A stretch of DNA of 63,786 bases, filler included, from Octopus bimaculoides (taxonomy: Eukaryota): assembly GCF_001194135.2 (NCBI RefSeq). It is 7 parts of 7 records of this genome, joined end to end, with 100 filler letters (N's around TTAATTAATTAA, not from the genome) between each part and the next. Parts side by side here need not be neighbours in the genome. Positions count along the whole stretch, not along the records: positions 1 to 19,954 come from NC_068997.1; positions 20,055 to 26,707 come from NC_068999.1; positions 26,808 to 32,219 come from NC_068998.1; 4 more parts are not named here. One strand, given 5' to 3'. Positions 13,386 through 27,922 of the stretch are shown piece by piece. The notes under the pieces were generated by a model. The model was not told where the DNA came from. It ran no database searches and worked only from the letters and a program-made list of their open reading frames with translations. The translations under genes were made by a program, and so were the position numbers. Within the stretch, counting starts at the first letter, position 1, and each line of letters begins with the position of its first letter.

Positions 13386-13977
13386 NNNNNNNNNNNNNNN
13401 NNNNNNNNNNNNNNNNNNNNNNNNNNNNNNNNNNNNNNNNNNNNNNNNNNNNNNNNNNNNNNNNNNNNNNNNNNNNNNNNNNNNNNNNNNNNNNNNNNNN
13501 NNNNNNNNNNNNNNNNNNNNNNNNNNNNNNNNNNNNNNNNNNNNNNNNNNNNNNNNNNNNNNNNNNNNNNNNNNNNNNNNNNNNNNNNNNNNNNNNNNNN
13601 NNNNNNNNNNNNNNNNNNNNNNNNNNNNNNNNNNNNNNNNNNNNNNNNNNNNNNNNNNNNNNNNNNNNNNNNNNNNNNNNNNNNNNNNNNNNNNNNNNNN
13701 NNNNNNNNNNNNNNNNNNNNNNNNNNNNNNNNNNNNNNNNNNNNNNNNNNNNNNNNNNNNNNNNNNNNNNNNNNNNNNNNNNNNNNNNNNNNNNNNNNNN
13801 NNNNNNNNNNNNNNNNNNNNNNNNNNNNNNNNNNNNNNNNNNNNNNNNNNNNNNNNNNNNNNNNNNNNNNNNNNNNNNNNNNNNNNNNNNNNNNNNNNNN
13901 NNNNNNNNNNNNNNNNNNNNNNNNNNNNNNNNNNNNNNNNNNNNNNNNNNNNNNNNNNNNNNNNNNNNNNNNNNNNN

Positions 13978-14123
13978 ATGTCCCCGTAACTTAGCGGTTC
14001 GGCAAAAGAGACCGATAGAATAAGTACTAGGCTTCTAAAGAATAAGTTCTGGGGTCGATTTGCTCGACTAAAGGCGGTGCTCTAGCATGGCCACAGTAAA
14101 AAAAGACTGAAACAAGTAAAAGA

Positions 14124-14126
<3 letters not shown>
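13978..14126 (+). mobile_element. SINE family A 3' half
   Basis: Matches the tail of 42736-43125, ending acaagtaaaagagta. Confidence 0.8.
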
Positions 14127-14168
<42 letters not shown>

Positions 14169-14673
14169 ATAACAGACACACACACACAAAGCATACTGCA
14201 GATCCGCAACGCCGGGCTCATATTACAACGAACTACATTTGTACACGTTTCTCCCGTTCATTCCTGTTAATCTCTTCATTCTTCTTCCAATGTATTTATA
14301 CTGAATATCTCTGAATCCGTACTCTATCACTGGGACGATTACAAGTGTATTTATATCCGTAATCGTATTAACAGATTTACGTTTCAATTTAAATGACTCT
14401 AAGACTCCTGTAATAAACTTTTATAATTGTCTTGTATATTTGTCTATATTCTATATTATTAGTCCTATTTAAAATCAAAATACTTTCATTGGCGATTTTG
14501 TCTTAATTCTCTGATTTTGATGTTTAGAAATTATTATTTTCATTTTCAATTTATTTGCTTTTAATTATCCTGGATTTGGTGCATTTGTCTGATAACATAG
14601 TCAATTAGGTATTACTGATTAATCTACGTTCAGCTTTTTAGCTGTTCGCCATCTTAGAGTTTGTTACTTGTAT

Positions 14674-14842
14674 AGCTGTATGTGGTCAAGAAGCTCGCTT
14701 TGCAACTAAGCAACTTGATTTCGGGTTTCAGTCCCATTGTGTGGCACCTTGGGCAGGTGTCTTCTACCATAGCTCTGGACCAACTAATATGCGTTGTACC
14801 TGAAATTGGTAGACGAAAGCTTATATATATATATATATATAT
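14674..14842 (+). mobile_element. SINE family A 5' half running into (AT)n and a gap
   Basis: Head ..cagtcccattgtgtggcaccttgggcaggtgtcttctac..ggtagacgaaagc followed by (AT)n. Confidence 0.7.
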
Positions 14843-15230
14843 NNNNNNNNNNNNNNNNNNNNNNNNNNNNNNNNNNNNNNNNNNNNNNNNNNNNNNNNNN
14901 NNNNNNNNNNNNNNNNNNNNNNNNNNNNNNNNNNNNNNNNNNNNNNNNNNNNNNNNNNNNNNNNNNNNNNNNNNNNNNNNNNNNNNNNNNNNNNNNNNNN
15001 NNNNNNNNNNNNNNNNNNNNNNNNNNNNNNNNNNNNNNNNNNNNNNNNNNNNNNNNNNNNNNNNNNNNNNNNNNNNNNNNNNNNNNNNNNNNNNNNNNNN
15101 NNNNNNNNNNNNNNNNNNNNNNNNNNNNNNNNNNNNGCTCTAAGGTACATATTTTTATCCACCCCTAAAAGATGAAAAACAAAGTCGACTTCGATGGAAT
15201 TTGAACTCAGATCATAAAGATGGACGAAAT

Positions 15231-15466
15231 ACCTATTTCTTTACTGCCCACAAGGGGCTACACACAGAGGGGACAAACAAGGACAGACAAACGGATTAAG
15301 TCGATTATATCGACCCCAGTGCGTAACTAGTACTTAATTTATCGACCCCGAAAGGATGAAAGGCAAAGTCGACCTCGGCGGAATTTGAACTCAGAACGCA
15401 GTGGCAGACGAAATACCGCCAAGCATTTCGCCCGGCGTGCTAACGTTTCTGCCAGCTCGCCGCCTT
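15231..15466 (-). mobile_element. SINE family C, near-complete copy
   Basis: Head aaggcggcgagctggcagaaacgttagc, body gagttcaaattccgccgaggtcgactttgcctttcatcctttcggggtcgataaa; many diverged copies at 8.0-8.4, 10.4-12.0, 41.1-41.3 and 52.3-52.7 kb. Confidence 0.8.
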
Positions 15467-15865
15467 AATCTTATTTATAAATGTTGAAACATAAATCGCG
15501 AGGATCTCCCTGATACGTTCAAAACAAAACAAAAGATTAGAATTAACAAACCCACCACCAAACAAAAACCCAAAAGTGAAACAATAAATACTTAATTATA
15601 CAAACAGAAAAAAATATATGTCGTTTAGAAAGTGAAAGTAGAAAGTACTAAAGACGGACATTTTCAATGTAACAATAATGTTTAAAGTAGGAATACTTAT
15701 AGAATTTAAATCGATAGATCTTCCCAGAGACAAATGAAAGACCTTCCCAAAGATAAAAGTTAACGATAAAACAGCGACAAGGAAGAAAAAGCTGTAAAAC
15801 TCGCTCGTCTTAGATATATTGTAAACAACTCCTACATTCAACAACGAGACAAATCAAACAATCTA

Positions 15866-15866
15866 T

Positions 15867-15926
<60 letters not shown>

Positions 15927-16385
15927 CTGGTGTTGATGTTGGTGATAGTGGTGGTGGTAGTGGTGGTGTTGGAGCTGGTGGTGCCTGTGGCAATGGAGGT
16001 GGTGGTAGTAGTAGTAGTATTGGTGTTGGTGATAGTGGTGGTTGTAGTGGTGGTGGTGGTGCTGGTGGTGCTGGTACTGGTGGTGCCTGTGGCAATGGAG
16101 GTGGGAGTAGTAGTAGTAGTAGTAGTAACGGTGGTTGTGGTAGGGTTGGGGGTGGTGATAGTGGTGGTAGTGTTGGAGGTGGTGCTGGTAGTGCCGTTGG
16201 CAGTGAAGATGGTGGTGATAGTAGTAGTAGTGGTGTTGGTGTTGTTATTGTTGGTGGCGGTGGGGGGTAGTAGTGGCAGTAGTAGTTGTAGTAGTAGTAA
16301 TAGTATTTATAGTAGTAGTAATGGTAGTAGCGGTGGCGGCGGCGGCGGCAGTAGTAGTAGTAGTAGTAGTAGTAGTTGTAGTAGA
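15866..16385. repeat. Compound (TAG)n/(GTG)n trinucleotide tract
   Basis: Directly visible; contains a duplicated ggtgcctgtggcaatggagg unit. Confidence 0.9.
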
Positions 16386-17408
16386 CACAAAAGAGTGTGG
16401 GCACAATCTTATTCTCTTCGAACTTATCACAACGGAACATCTGAACCCATGGAAACAACTCGGAGAAATAGACATAGTAAGGAGAACAGAAATGCAAGAA
16501 AGAGACATATTTGAATATTTAATGAGATCAACAACGAAAAGAGTGAAATGACGGTGGTGGGGGGAGTGAAATAGTAGAAGCAAGAAAAGAGACTGTGCTA
16601 GAGAAATAGTGGAAACGTGTGGCCTTGTCGTTAGGGTGTTGGACTCATGACCTCGAGATTGTGGTTTCAATTCCTGGAACGGGCAATGCGTTGTGTTCTT
16701 CTGAAAAACACTTCATTTCACGTTTCTCCAGACCGTGCAGCTGGCAAACTGAGCAATCCTGTTTTGGGACTGGCACCTCGTTCAGTAATCAAGAGAGACA
16801 GAGACAGGCAGAAACAAGGAAAATGGTCCCTTGTATTTGAACACTATGCAAATATTCTTTTAAAAAACTTTTCTTTTAACTTTTCCAAAATTTAATTGTT
16901 TTCCATTCTTACAGTTGAAAAAGTCTCAATGACTGAAACCGGTACTGAAATGTTTTATTATAAAATTATTTTAGCATCTTCTACCTTCACCTTTTTCCCA
17001 CATATATATATATATATATATATACATATACAGAATAGAGACCGGCAAACCGTCTCTTATGAGTCCATGGGGCTCGAGAAGGATGTTTTATCATTTACTA
17101 GAGAAATACATCNNNNNNNNNNNNNNNNNNNNNNNNNNNNNNNNNNNNNNNNNNNNNNNNNNNNNNNNNNNNNNNNNNNNNNNNNNNNNNNNNNNNNNNN
17201 NNNNNNNNNNNNNNNNNNNNNNNNNNNNNNNNNNNNNNNNNNNNNNNNNNNNNNNNNNNNNNNNNNNNNNNNNNNNNNNNNNNNNNNNNNNNNNNNNNNN
17301 NNNNNNNNNNNNNNNNNNNNNNNNNNNNNNNNNNNNNNNNNNNNNNNNNNNNNNNNNNNNNNNNNNNNNNNNNNNNNNNNNNNNNNNNNNNNNNTATATG
17401 TATGTATG

Positions 17409-17440
<32 letters not shown>

Positions 17441-19225
17441 CAGAATAGAGACCGGCAAACCGTCTCTTATGAGTCCATGGGGCTCGAGAAGGATGTTTTA
17501 TCATTTACTAGAGAAATACATCTAACAACGTATAAAAATAGGAGAAGGGAGGTAACATGGTGGTGTACTGGTAGATTAGACAGAGATACAAAATGGTAAG
17601 AATGTTTGGAAGAAAGTTGGAATCAAGGAACAACATCGGGTGGCTGGAAGAGAAGATCCGCGTTATGTATATATGTAACAGAGAGTGAAGATGAACTTTA
17701 AGGAGTTTGCCAATGTCGATGAAAAGAAAGCTTGAAGCCAAGCAAATGTAATATGAGAAAACAGAAGTCCTTTATATGCAACGAATGTAGTACCGGTTGA
17801 AAAGATCTCTGCATCATACTTATTGTAAATACATCGTGAAACAAATTTACTGAGGTAAAATCACTCTTGCTAAATCTTTAAGAGTGTGAGTAAAGTACTG
17901 TCTCGAGTTCTAGAACTCATAGGGCTGATTACCCGGTTGCCATGGTGTGTAAGTGGCTGAGATCATAAAGTTCCCCTTCTAGAACACAGCTCACCGCTCG
18001 TTTCGAGAATCGAAACTGCGATCTTGCGGTCGCGAATGTAATTCTCTAACCGTTAGACAATGCTCTTCATCAACAGGTTGTATAGACATGTGTCATATCC
18101 AGTGACAAATGTAGCGATAACATCCTGAAGCAATACAGGAGCATAAATGTTCCAGAACGAAGCAACTACAGAGGCATGAAACTGATGGATCAGGTTATGA
18201 AAGTTACGGACAGAGCTAGACAACAATTCATTCAGAAGAGAATTAGTTATGATTAAATGACCTGCGGTTTTTTTTTACTTGAATTAAACGAGCGCCGAAA
18301 TTGAAAACAATTCTCGCTAAATCGAATAGTGCGACATTATGAAAAGTGACACCGTTTCTTTGAGCAAAATAATTAACTGCTCTCCAATTCGCAAGCATAT
18401 TAACTTATTAGTTGCGGAATACACAACAAGAACAAATGTAGCTGTAACACAAGAAAATAGAATTTGTACATTATTACGGTGGGACGCTGTGTGAACTGCA
18501 AATGGAATACTTCACCTAATTATAGGATGGTGTTGCTGCTAGATATTACAAACATCATACATCATACTCACACAGAAAATTAACTTGGGTGACTATCAAT
18601 CTTTGAAATACTTCAATTTCTATCCTGCAAATCCACCTCTCTTCCAACCTTTCATTCTGCTTTTTTTAACACTACGTCGGAGCTAGCAATGCTTGGCGGT
18701 GATGTCCGTCGTTACACCATGAAAAATTAGTCGTTCGATCAGCAGAATGACCTTCTCTTAAATTAAAATGTGGTTGAGCATTCCACGGACAGGTGTACCT
18801 TTAACGTTGTCCTCGGGTAAAATCACTCTGAATGAAGGTGTGACGAGGCTGAATATTTTGAATAACAGGTACAACAACCACGACAATATTCTGTACAGTT
18901 TCTGCTTTCCTAACTGCACCCAAACGTTATAGATCGACCGGAAGCTGCAAAAACATGGCAGCTTTTTAATATGTCACGCAGTGGGATCGAAATTGAGACC
19001 TCGTTGGTCCAAAGCGAACTTCCTAACCAACAGGCCATACTGCGCCTGCAGGAAATACTTACCTGGTAATTAAATCTATTTTAAAAGAACATAAACGTAG
19101 CTTTCAAGACATATACTTATGTGAAAAGATCTGTTACTGATGAAGAAAACCAAAAACGGTTTAATGACATATGCGGCAGAATAATATGAAAATGGCGGAG
19201 ATTTGCTATCACCATCGTTAGTCTT

Positions 19226-19954
19226 TATCATAACCATCATCATCATCGTCGTCATCGTCGTCGTCGTCGTCGTCATCATCATCATGAAGAGCAGTAGTAG
19301 CAGCATCATGGTAATGATGATGATGATGTGATGATGATTATGGTTATTATTATTATGATGATGATGATGATATTGTTGTTGATGATGATGATGATGAAGT
19401 TGATGATGATGAGGAGGAGGATACTGGCTATGATGATGATGATGATCATCATCATCATCATTGTTAATAAAACCTTTCTTGTAGAAAAGTTATCTTCATC
19501 ATCAACTTCACTATCATCATTATTATCATTATTATTATCATCTCTACCACAACCATCGCCGACAACCACTACCACCACCACCAACAACAACAACAACAAC
19601 AACAACAAGAAGAGCTACAACAACAATAACTACCATCACCACGATGACCACCACCCCAACAACAACAAACACTAGCACCGCAATATGAAGAACAACCACG
19701 ACGACGACCATCACCACCACTACTACTACCACTACCACTACCGCCATCACTAAGAACAAAACCCACCCCAACCATTATTATCTCCACTACCACCGAGTCG
19801 ACCACCACCATAACCACCATTAATAACCACTCACCGCACCTCACCACCATCTTCGCTGTTGCTGCCACCGCCATCACCACCACCACCACCACTACCACTA
19901 CCACCACCATCACCATCAGCAGGACCAGCAAAACACCACCACAATTACCATCAC
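19226..19954. repeat. Compound (CAT/GAT/CAC/CAA)n trinucleotide tract
   Basis: Directly visible. Confidence 0.9.
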
Positions 19955-19998
19955 NNNNNNNNNNNNNNNNNNNNNNNNNNNNNNNNNNNNNNNNNNNN

Positions 19999-20010
19999 TT
20001 AATTAATTAA
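19999..20010. other. Artificial scaffold spacer TTAATTAATTAA inside an N-run (also 26752, 32264, 35088, 49800, 62691)
   Basis: Same 12-mer with stops in all six frames, centred in 100-nt gaps, six times. Confidence 0.9.
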
Positions 20011-21046
20011 NNNNNNNNNNNNNNNNNNNNNNNNNNNNNNNNNNNNNNNNNNNNATTGGTACGTAGGTAATCGTTTTATATTTTCTATCGTGTTATCATT
20101 ACTTGTTCTCCGTCGTTCGTTCATGCTTCTTTTCTTGTTTTTTTTGTTTGTTTGTTTGTCTAGTTTTGTTTTTGTTTTATTTCTTGTTCTCGATGTTGTT
20201 GTTGTTGTTGTTGTTGTTGTTGCTGTTGTTGTTGTTGTTGTTCTCGATGCTGTCTTCATATCGTTTACTCACGCAGAAAAATAAATTTATTCCTGTGAAA
20301 GGGAAGCATCACTAATTTTATCTTAATTCAACTCTCTCTCTCTCACTCTCACTCTCGCGCTCTCACTCTTTACTCTCACTCTCACTCATTCCACCTCTTT
20401 CTCTCTCTCTCTTTCATATTCTGTACCTGTCTGGCTACCTCCTCTCCCTTCACCCACTCTTACTCTTCCTTTTTTCTTTATTTATTTTATTCACCTATTC
20501 ACTTTATCTAAACGCACGTATATGTACATTATACACACACACACAGATTAATCTATACATACATATACACATATATACACATATATACACATATACACAT
20601 ATATATACATATATACACATATATACATATATATAATCTATACATATACACATATATACACATATACACATATATACACATATACACATATATACACATA
20701 TATACACACATATACACATATATACAAGCATATGAATATGTGTGTGTGTGTGTGTGTGCTTGTATATATATATTTATATATGTATATATGTGTATATATA
20801 TATATATATTTATACATACATACATACATACATACTTACATACATACAAAGATACACAGACACACATATATATACACGCATACACGCACACAAAATGTAT
20901 AGATCTAAGCTATTTCTTTCTCTCACAAATAAACACTTTCTCTCAAAACCCGCCAACCCACCCACGCCCTCTTCACCGATACTGCAACATCTTCGTATAT
21001 ATATCTTTATTTCTTTATTCTCTCCTCCATCATCACTACCACCACC

Positions 21047-21086
<40 letters not shown>

Positions 21087-21165
21087 TTACTACTACCATC
21101 ACCACCACCACCACATACCACCACCACCACCACCACCACCACCACCATCATCATCGTCGTTGTCG

Positions 21166-21253
<88 letters not shown>

Positions 21254-21772
21254 TTTACATTTTTACTGTTATCTGAATTTCATTTCCTTCTTTTGTCGTA
21301 CGGTATTCAGTTTAAAATAAAACTCGTGTATAAATTCGTAGAAAACACACGTCGATGCAGCAAGATGCGTGCATAAGCGCACGCACGCACAGTTGTATAC
21401 TAACACTTTCTCATTTAATCTCTGCAGGCGTGTGCATTGATATTTAGGCAGACGTGGCGTTTCTGAATCGACTGCTGCACGAATCTAAATATCATTTCTA
21501 TTACGTAAACTAGGTTCTCCGATCTGTTCAAAAATCTTACACGTATACACACATACGTTTGTAAAATACACGCGGGTAACGTATACGAAATAGGTGCACA
21601 TAAACACAGGCATACATGTACGTATATCTTTATGCGTACATATGTTGTGTACATGTATATGCGTGTGCGTTTATGTATGTACGTATGTATGCATGCATGC
21701 ATGCATGTATGTATGTATGTATATATACGTACAGACACATGTATATATACATATATATATACACACACACGC

Positions 21773-21814
<42 letters not shown>

Positions 21815-21986
21815 GCGCGCACACGCACTCATGCACACACACACACACACACATACATGTATGTACGTGTATGTATACGTATGTAGGTGAACAGACACGT
21901 ATAAGCAGACATACAATTACGAATACTTACATACATACATACATACATGCGTACACACTGTACGTAAATTCACGTACGTACACACA

Positions 21987-22074
<88 letters not shown>

Positions 22075-23304
22075 CATGCGTGCATAGATACGTATGTACG
22101 TATGCACGCAAAATACATACGTATATGTCTACATACGTACGTAAGTACACACGCACATACATACAGACAGACAAACAGACAGACATGCTTGTATAGATAC
22201 ATACAAGCACTTACATTTGAAAACAGACACACGTATAGGCACGAACATGCATAATCATACACAGTCATACATAAATACACACATATACAAATACATATAT
22301 ATAGATACATACATAAATACATACATACATACGTACATACATACGTACATACATACATACATACATACATACACTCACAAAATGCCCGCAAAGAACTTAT
22401 ATTTGAGAACAAGACACATAGATACTGTTTGGAGCGTATAGAAATATTCACAAATACATACACACATATATAAATACGTACGTACATACATACACACAAC
22501 ACATACATACAGACACACATATATTTGGAAACAGACACACGCACACGCAAATACAGTGAAAAACATATACAAACACTTGTATATGAACACGTATATACTT
22601 AAACACTAACATACATACACACATATATATACAAACACGCCTTAAGTAGATATACGTACACACACACACAACTATACACACATACACGTACAAAGTAGAT
22701 CCCCCCCCCCAGACAGACAGACAGACAGGCATAAACAGAAGCACAATTGGAGATAAATTAGAAATATATATAATTTAATTTTTTGTTGCTTTGCCACTGA
22801 TATGGCATCCTCCGTAAACCACAGACCAACAACGTACAAGTCTATAAACACCCACACACAGGCTTACATACACGCTCACAGACACCCACATATGTACACA
22901 CTCACACACAGGCACACACACTCACACACACATACACACACACACATACACACACACACACACACATACTGTCACCCATGCGTCTATCTTTCTATCTACA
23001 CATACATAAGCACAGAAATAACAATTCATGTATGAAAATTAGCATCGAAGTTGGCAAAACTCAGAATGCATGTGTAACTATCTATCTATCTGCCTATCTG
23101 TCTGTCTGTTTGTCGGTTTGTCGGTTTGTCTGTCTGCCTGTCTGTCTGTCTGTATCTATCCCACCCTCCCACTCGTCCTTTCTCTCTCTATGTGTGTGTG
23201 TATACATATACGTACATACGTACACACATTCATGTATACATACATATATATATATATGTGTACATATATGTGTGTATATATATGTGTGTATATATATGTG
23301 TGTG

Positions 23305-23343
<39 letters not shown>

Positions 23344-24940
23344 NNNNNNNNNNNNNNNNNNNNNNNNNNNNNNNNNNNNNNNNNNNNNNNNNNNNNNNNN
23401 NNNNNNNNNNNNNNNNNNNNNNNNNNNNNNNNNNNNNNNNNNNNNNNNNNNNNNNNNNNNNNNNNNNNNNNNNNNNNNNNNNNNNNNNNNNNNNNNNNNN
23501 NNNNNNNNNNNNNNNNNNNNNNNNNNNNNNNNNNNNNNNNNNNNNNNNNNNNNNNNNNNNNNNNNNNNNNNNNNNNNNNNNNNNNNNNNNNNNNNNNNNN
23601 NNNNNNNNNNNNNNNNNNNNNNNNNNNNNNNNNNNNNNNNNNNNNNNNNNNNNNNNNNNNNNNNNNNNNNNNNNNNNNNNNNNNNNNNNNNNNNNNNNNN
23701 NNNNNNNNNNNNNNNNNNNNNNNNNNNNNNNNNNNNNNNNNNNNNNNNNNNNNNNNNNNNNNNNNNNNNNNNNNNNNNNNNNNNNNNNNNNNNNNNNNNN
23801 NNNNNNNNNNNNNNNNNNNNNNNNNNNNNNNNNNNNNNNNNNNNNNNNNNNNNNNNNNNNNNNNNNNNNNNNNNNNNNNNNNNNNNNNNNNNNNNNNNNN
23901 NNNNNNNNNNNNNNNNNNNNNNNNNNNNNNNNNNNNNNNNNNNNNNNNNNNNNNNNNNNNNNNNNNNNNNNNNNNNNNNNNNNNNNNNNNNNNNNNNNNN
24001 NNNNNNNNNNNNNNNNNNNNNNNNNNNNNNNNNNNNNNNNNNNNNNNNNNNNNNNNNNNNNNNNNNNNNNNNNNNNNNNNNNNNNNNNNNNNNNNNNNNN
24101 NNNNNNNNNNNNNNNNNNNNNNNNNNNNNNNNNNNNNNNNNNNNNNNNNNNNNNNNNNNNNNNNNNNNNNNNNNNNNNNNNNNNATATATATATATATAT
24201 ATATATAGATAGATAGATAGATGTACAGATATATGTATAAATGTAGTTCTGTGTTGAATAAATTTGTAAATAAACATATTTTACATATTGATCTAATAAT
24301 ACATATTAGATGGTATAAACACATGTGTATATCTTTAATTACATACAATTATAGATACACGTGTATATAGACTGCTAATTAACCCTCAAGGTGACATTTA
24401 ACGAATACTCACTTGATGAATTAAGCAACAACTTGTGAAAAAAAGAGAAAACCAAGAATGATATATCTATAGATATACCATGGAAAAAATTATTAATATT
24501 GATGCGAAGAAAAACAAGCGCATAGATATCTACAATGAGAGAGTAGGCATATCTCTAACAGTGTAGCAATTGATACCAACAAATGTATGGGCAAAGATAC
24601 CACCAATGATATCATCAATGGTTGATATCTGTGAAAATGATCAGAAATCGTATTAAGAGAATGAGCGATAGGATATCAATAACGATAGATATCAATAACG
24701 ATACAGCGATCATATCAAGAACTTAATCGATAAAAAGTGTAAAGAAAATATCTCAGGATTGATATGAATTTTAATGAGAGCGAAGAAATCAGCAATGTAT
24801 ACTGGCGGTGGGATATCAACGAAATTATCGTCAACGATAACGAAATAAATACGACCGATGATAGCAATAATGATACTATGAGACCACATTATAAACAATT
24901 AAACTATAATTATATATATATATATATATGTATATATATG

Positions 24941-25000
<60 letters not shown>

Positions 25001-25835
25001 NNNNNNNNNNNNNNNNNNNNNNNNNNNNNNNNNNNNNNNNNNNNNNNNNNNNNNNNNNNNNNNNNNNNNNNNNNNNNNNNNNNNNNNNNNNNNNNNNNNN
25101 NNNNNNNNNNNNNNNNNNNNNNNNNNNNNNNNNNNNNNNNNNNNNNNNNNNNNNNNNNNNNNNNNNNNNNNNNNNNNNNNNNNNNNNNNNNNNNNNNNNN
25201 NNNNNNNNNNNNNNNNNNNNNNNNNNNNNNNNNNNNNNNNNNNNNNNNNNNNNNNNNNNNNNNNNNNNNNNNNNNNNNNNNNNNNNNNNNNNNNNNNNNN
25301 NNNNNNNNNNNNNNNNNNNNNNNNNNNNNNNNNNNNNNNNNNNNNNNNNNNNNNNNNNNNNNNNNNNNNNNNNNNNNNNNNNNNNNNNNNNNNNNNNNNN
25401 NNNNNNNNNNNNNNNNNNNNNNNNNNNNNNNNNNNNNNNNNNNNNNNNNNNNNNNNNNNNNNNNNNNNNNNNNNNNNNNNNNNNNNNNNNNNNNNNNNNN
25501 NNNNNNNNNNNNNNNNNNNNNNNNNNNNNNNNNNNNNNNNNNNNNNNNNNNNNNNNNNNNNNNNNNNNNNNNNNNNNNNNNNNNNNNNNNNNNNNNNNNN
25601 NNNNNNNNNNNNNNNNNNNNNNNNNNNNNNNNNNNNNNNNNNNNNNNNNNNNNNNNNNATGTGTGTGTGTGTGTAAGCATAGGTAGACAGGTAGACAGGC
25701 AAGTAGACAGACTGATAGATTGATAGATAAACTATATTGAGAGACAGACTGCATGCATACATACATAGATACATACATACTGACAAACATACAGACAGAC
25801 AGACAGGCAGATAGATAGATTGATAGATGGATAGG

Positions 25836-25895
<60 letters not shown>

Positions 25896-26444
25896 CAGGT
25901 GTGCGAGTACGTATTAAATGTGATAGCGTAAGGTGCAAGTTATATCTGAAATAGAAATAAGAAAGGCCGCTGAAATCTTAGCCGTAGTTTCCGTTCTAAT
26001 GTAAACCAAATTTGTCTTAAAATCAATCCGGACAATTCAGTCATTGGATGTTGAGTTGTTGCGTGGGGGAAATTGTAAGGGAAACCCCGAATAAATTAAA
26101 ACATGGAAGGGAGAGTTTGAAGAAAAAACAGATAAACACAACAAAGGTTATATATAAGAAAATGGCGGATAAGAGAAATAGGCAGACAGGCAGACAAGCA
26201 GACTGACTGAGAGAAAGAGAATGAGGGAGAAGGTTTGTATGAAAGAATCGAAGTCGGTGGTCAATAGAAATATTGTAAACAACCTATCATTCAGTGGGTC
26301 ATTTCTAGTGGGTCATGTATATAAGATATACGGTTTTATTAAGCTCAAACAAGCATATGCACACTCACACACATGCAAACACTATACCACACGCATATAC
26401 ACATATACACATACCACAGGCACAGCTCTGTCTGTCTCTGTCTG

Positions 26445-26491
<47 letters not shown>

Positions 26492-26605
26492 AACACAAGC
26501 ACACATACATGCAAACAATATACCACATGTATACGCATATACATATACCACAGAAACACACTCTGTCTGTCTCTGTCTGTGCATGTATGCATGTGTGTAT
26601 GTCTG

Positions 26606-26642
<37 letters not shown>

Positions 26643-26807
26643 ACACATAAATATACATATACATACATTTACATATATACATACATTTACATATATACAT
26701 ACACACANNNNNNNNNNNNNNNNNNNNNNNNNNNNNNNNNNNNNNNNNNNNTTAATTAATTAANNNNNNNNNNNNNNNNNNNNNNNNNNNNNNNNNNNNN
26801 NNNNNNN

Positions 26808-27047
26808 GGGTGGCACATAAAAGACACCATTTCGAGCGTGGCCGTTTTCGTGCGGGTGACACCTAAAAGCACCCACTACACTCTCTGAGTGGTTGGCGTT
26901 AGGAAGGGCATCCAGCTGTAGAAACTCTGCCAAATCAGACTGGAGCCTGGTGTTGCCATCCAGTTTCACCAGTCCTCAGTCAAATCGTCCAACCCATGCT
27001 AGCATGGAAAGCGGACGTTAAACGATGATGATGATGATCATCATCAT
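26808..27047 (+). mobile_element. Family D retroposon with (GAT)n tail, probably RTE-related
   Basis: Core gagtggttggcgttaggaagggcatccagctgtagaaa..ccaacccatgctagcatggaaagcggacgttaaac(gat)n, near-identical at 30853, 31350 and 35144; RTE link is recalled, not searched. Confidence 0.8.
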
Positions 27048-27617
27048 CTGCAGTAATTCCTTCATACATGTTTCTCCCTAAAATGTTCTTACTTCTCTTA
27101 CAGTTTGCCCTTCATCTATTTCTATTTCATTTTTACATAGTTCTTGAAAAACTTAGTCTCAGTTGTAGTCAAAAAGTGTATTTTATTCAAAACTCTGTTG
27201 TTTCTTTTGATAATGACACCTGAAACAAGTGAGGATCCCTTACTGTATATGTTCCTTGTTTTAGACAACTTCTGTTCTTGCTATAATATTTTTCTGTAAT
27301 ATTTGTCTGTTTTCCTTTCTACATGCCTAACTTCTTATTTTTGACTTCATTAATGATTGAAAAATCTTTGATTTTCTATATGTTTGAGTTTAATTTTGCT
27401 TGCTTGGGTTTTTTCTCTCTCTTTCTCTCTCTCCCTCCTTCTCTTGCTTTTCCTTCTGGCTAGGTAACTAAGTATGTCCTTTACACCAATTTACACCACC
27501 CGTATATACACCTGTTTCTGCCTCTCTATCTCTCTCATACTCTAACCTTTCATTATCTGAAACAAGATCCCCTCTTCCAATTCCCCCTCCCCTCTCAAAA
27601 TTCCTTGTCTTGCAAGT

Positions 27618-27922
27618 TACTTGGGAACCCTGCCAGTGCTGGTGCCACATAAAAAGCATCCAGTCCACACTGTAAAGTAGCTGGCATTTGGAAGGGCATC
27701 CAGCTGTAGGAATCATGCCAAACTGACCTCGCCTGTACTGGTTCCATGTAAAAGCACTCTGTCCAATCTACAGAGTGATTGGTGTTAGAAAGGGCATGCA
27801 ACCATAAAAACCCTGCCAAAACAGACACAGTAACTTAGGGTAGTTTTCTACCTGGCTGGCTCTTGCCAAACCATTCAACTCATGCCTGTATGGAAGATGG
27901 ACGTTAAATGATGATGATGACG
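27618..27922 (+). mobile_element. Older family D copy with a duplicated core module
   Basis: Two tandem diverged cores, then the tail ..catgcctgtatggaagatggacgttaaatgatgatg. Confidence 0.7.

Noticed and set aside
15838-16497. 219-aa proline-rich, extensin-like ORF
   Set aside because: Arises from the (GTG)n/(TAG)n tract; several frames are open for the same reason
17001-17522. Identical 112-bp direct repeat flanking a gap (similar case near 680-770)
   Set aside because: Typical unmerged contig-end overlap
24330-24900. GAT-rich segment with an N/D-rich ORF
   Set aside because: Looks like a decayed trinucleotide tract; no splice or domain support
26150-26168. TATA-like plus AAAATGGCGG (YY1-like) motif as the ZNF promoter
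   Set aside because: Similar motifs occur at about 11365 and 19190; a scaffold spacer separates it from the gene; no transcript evidence
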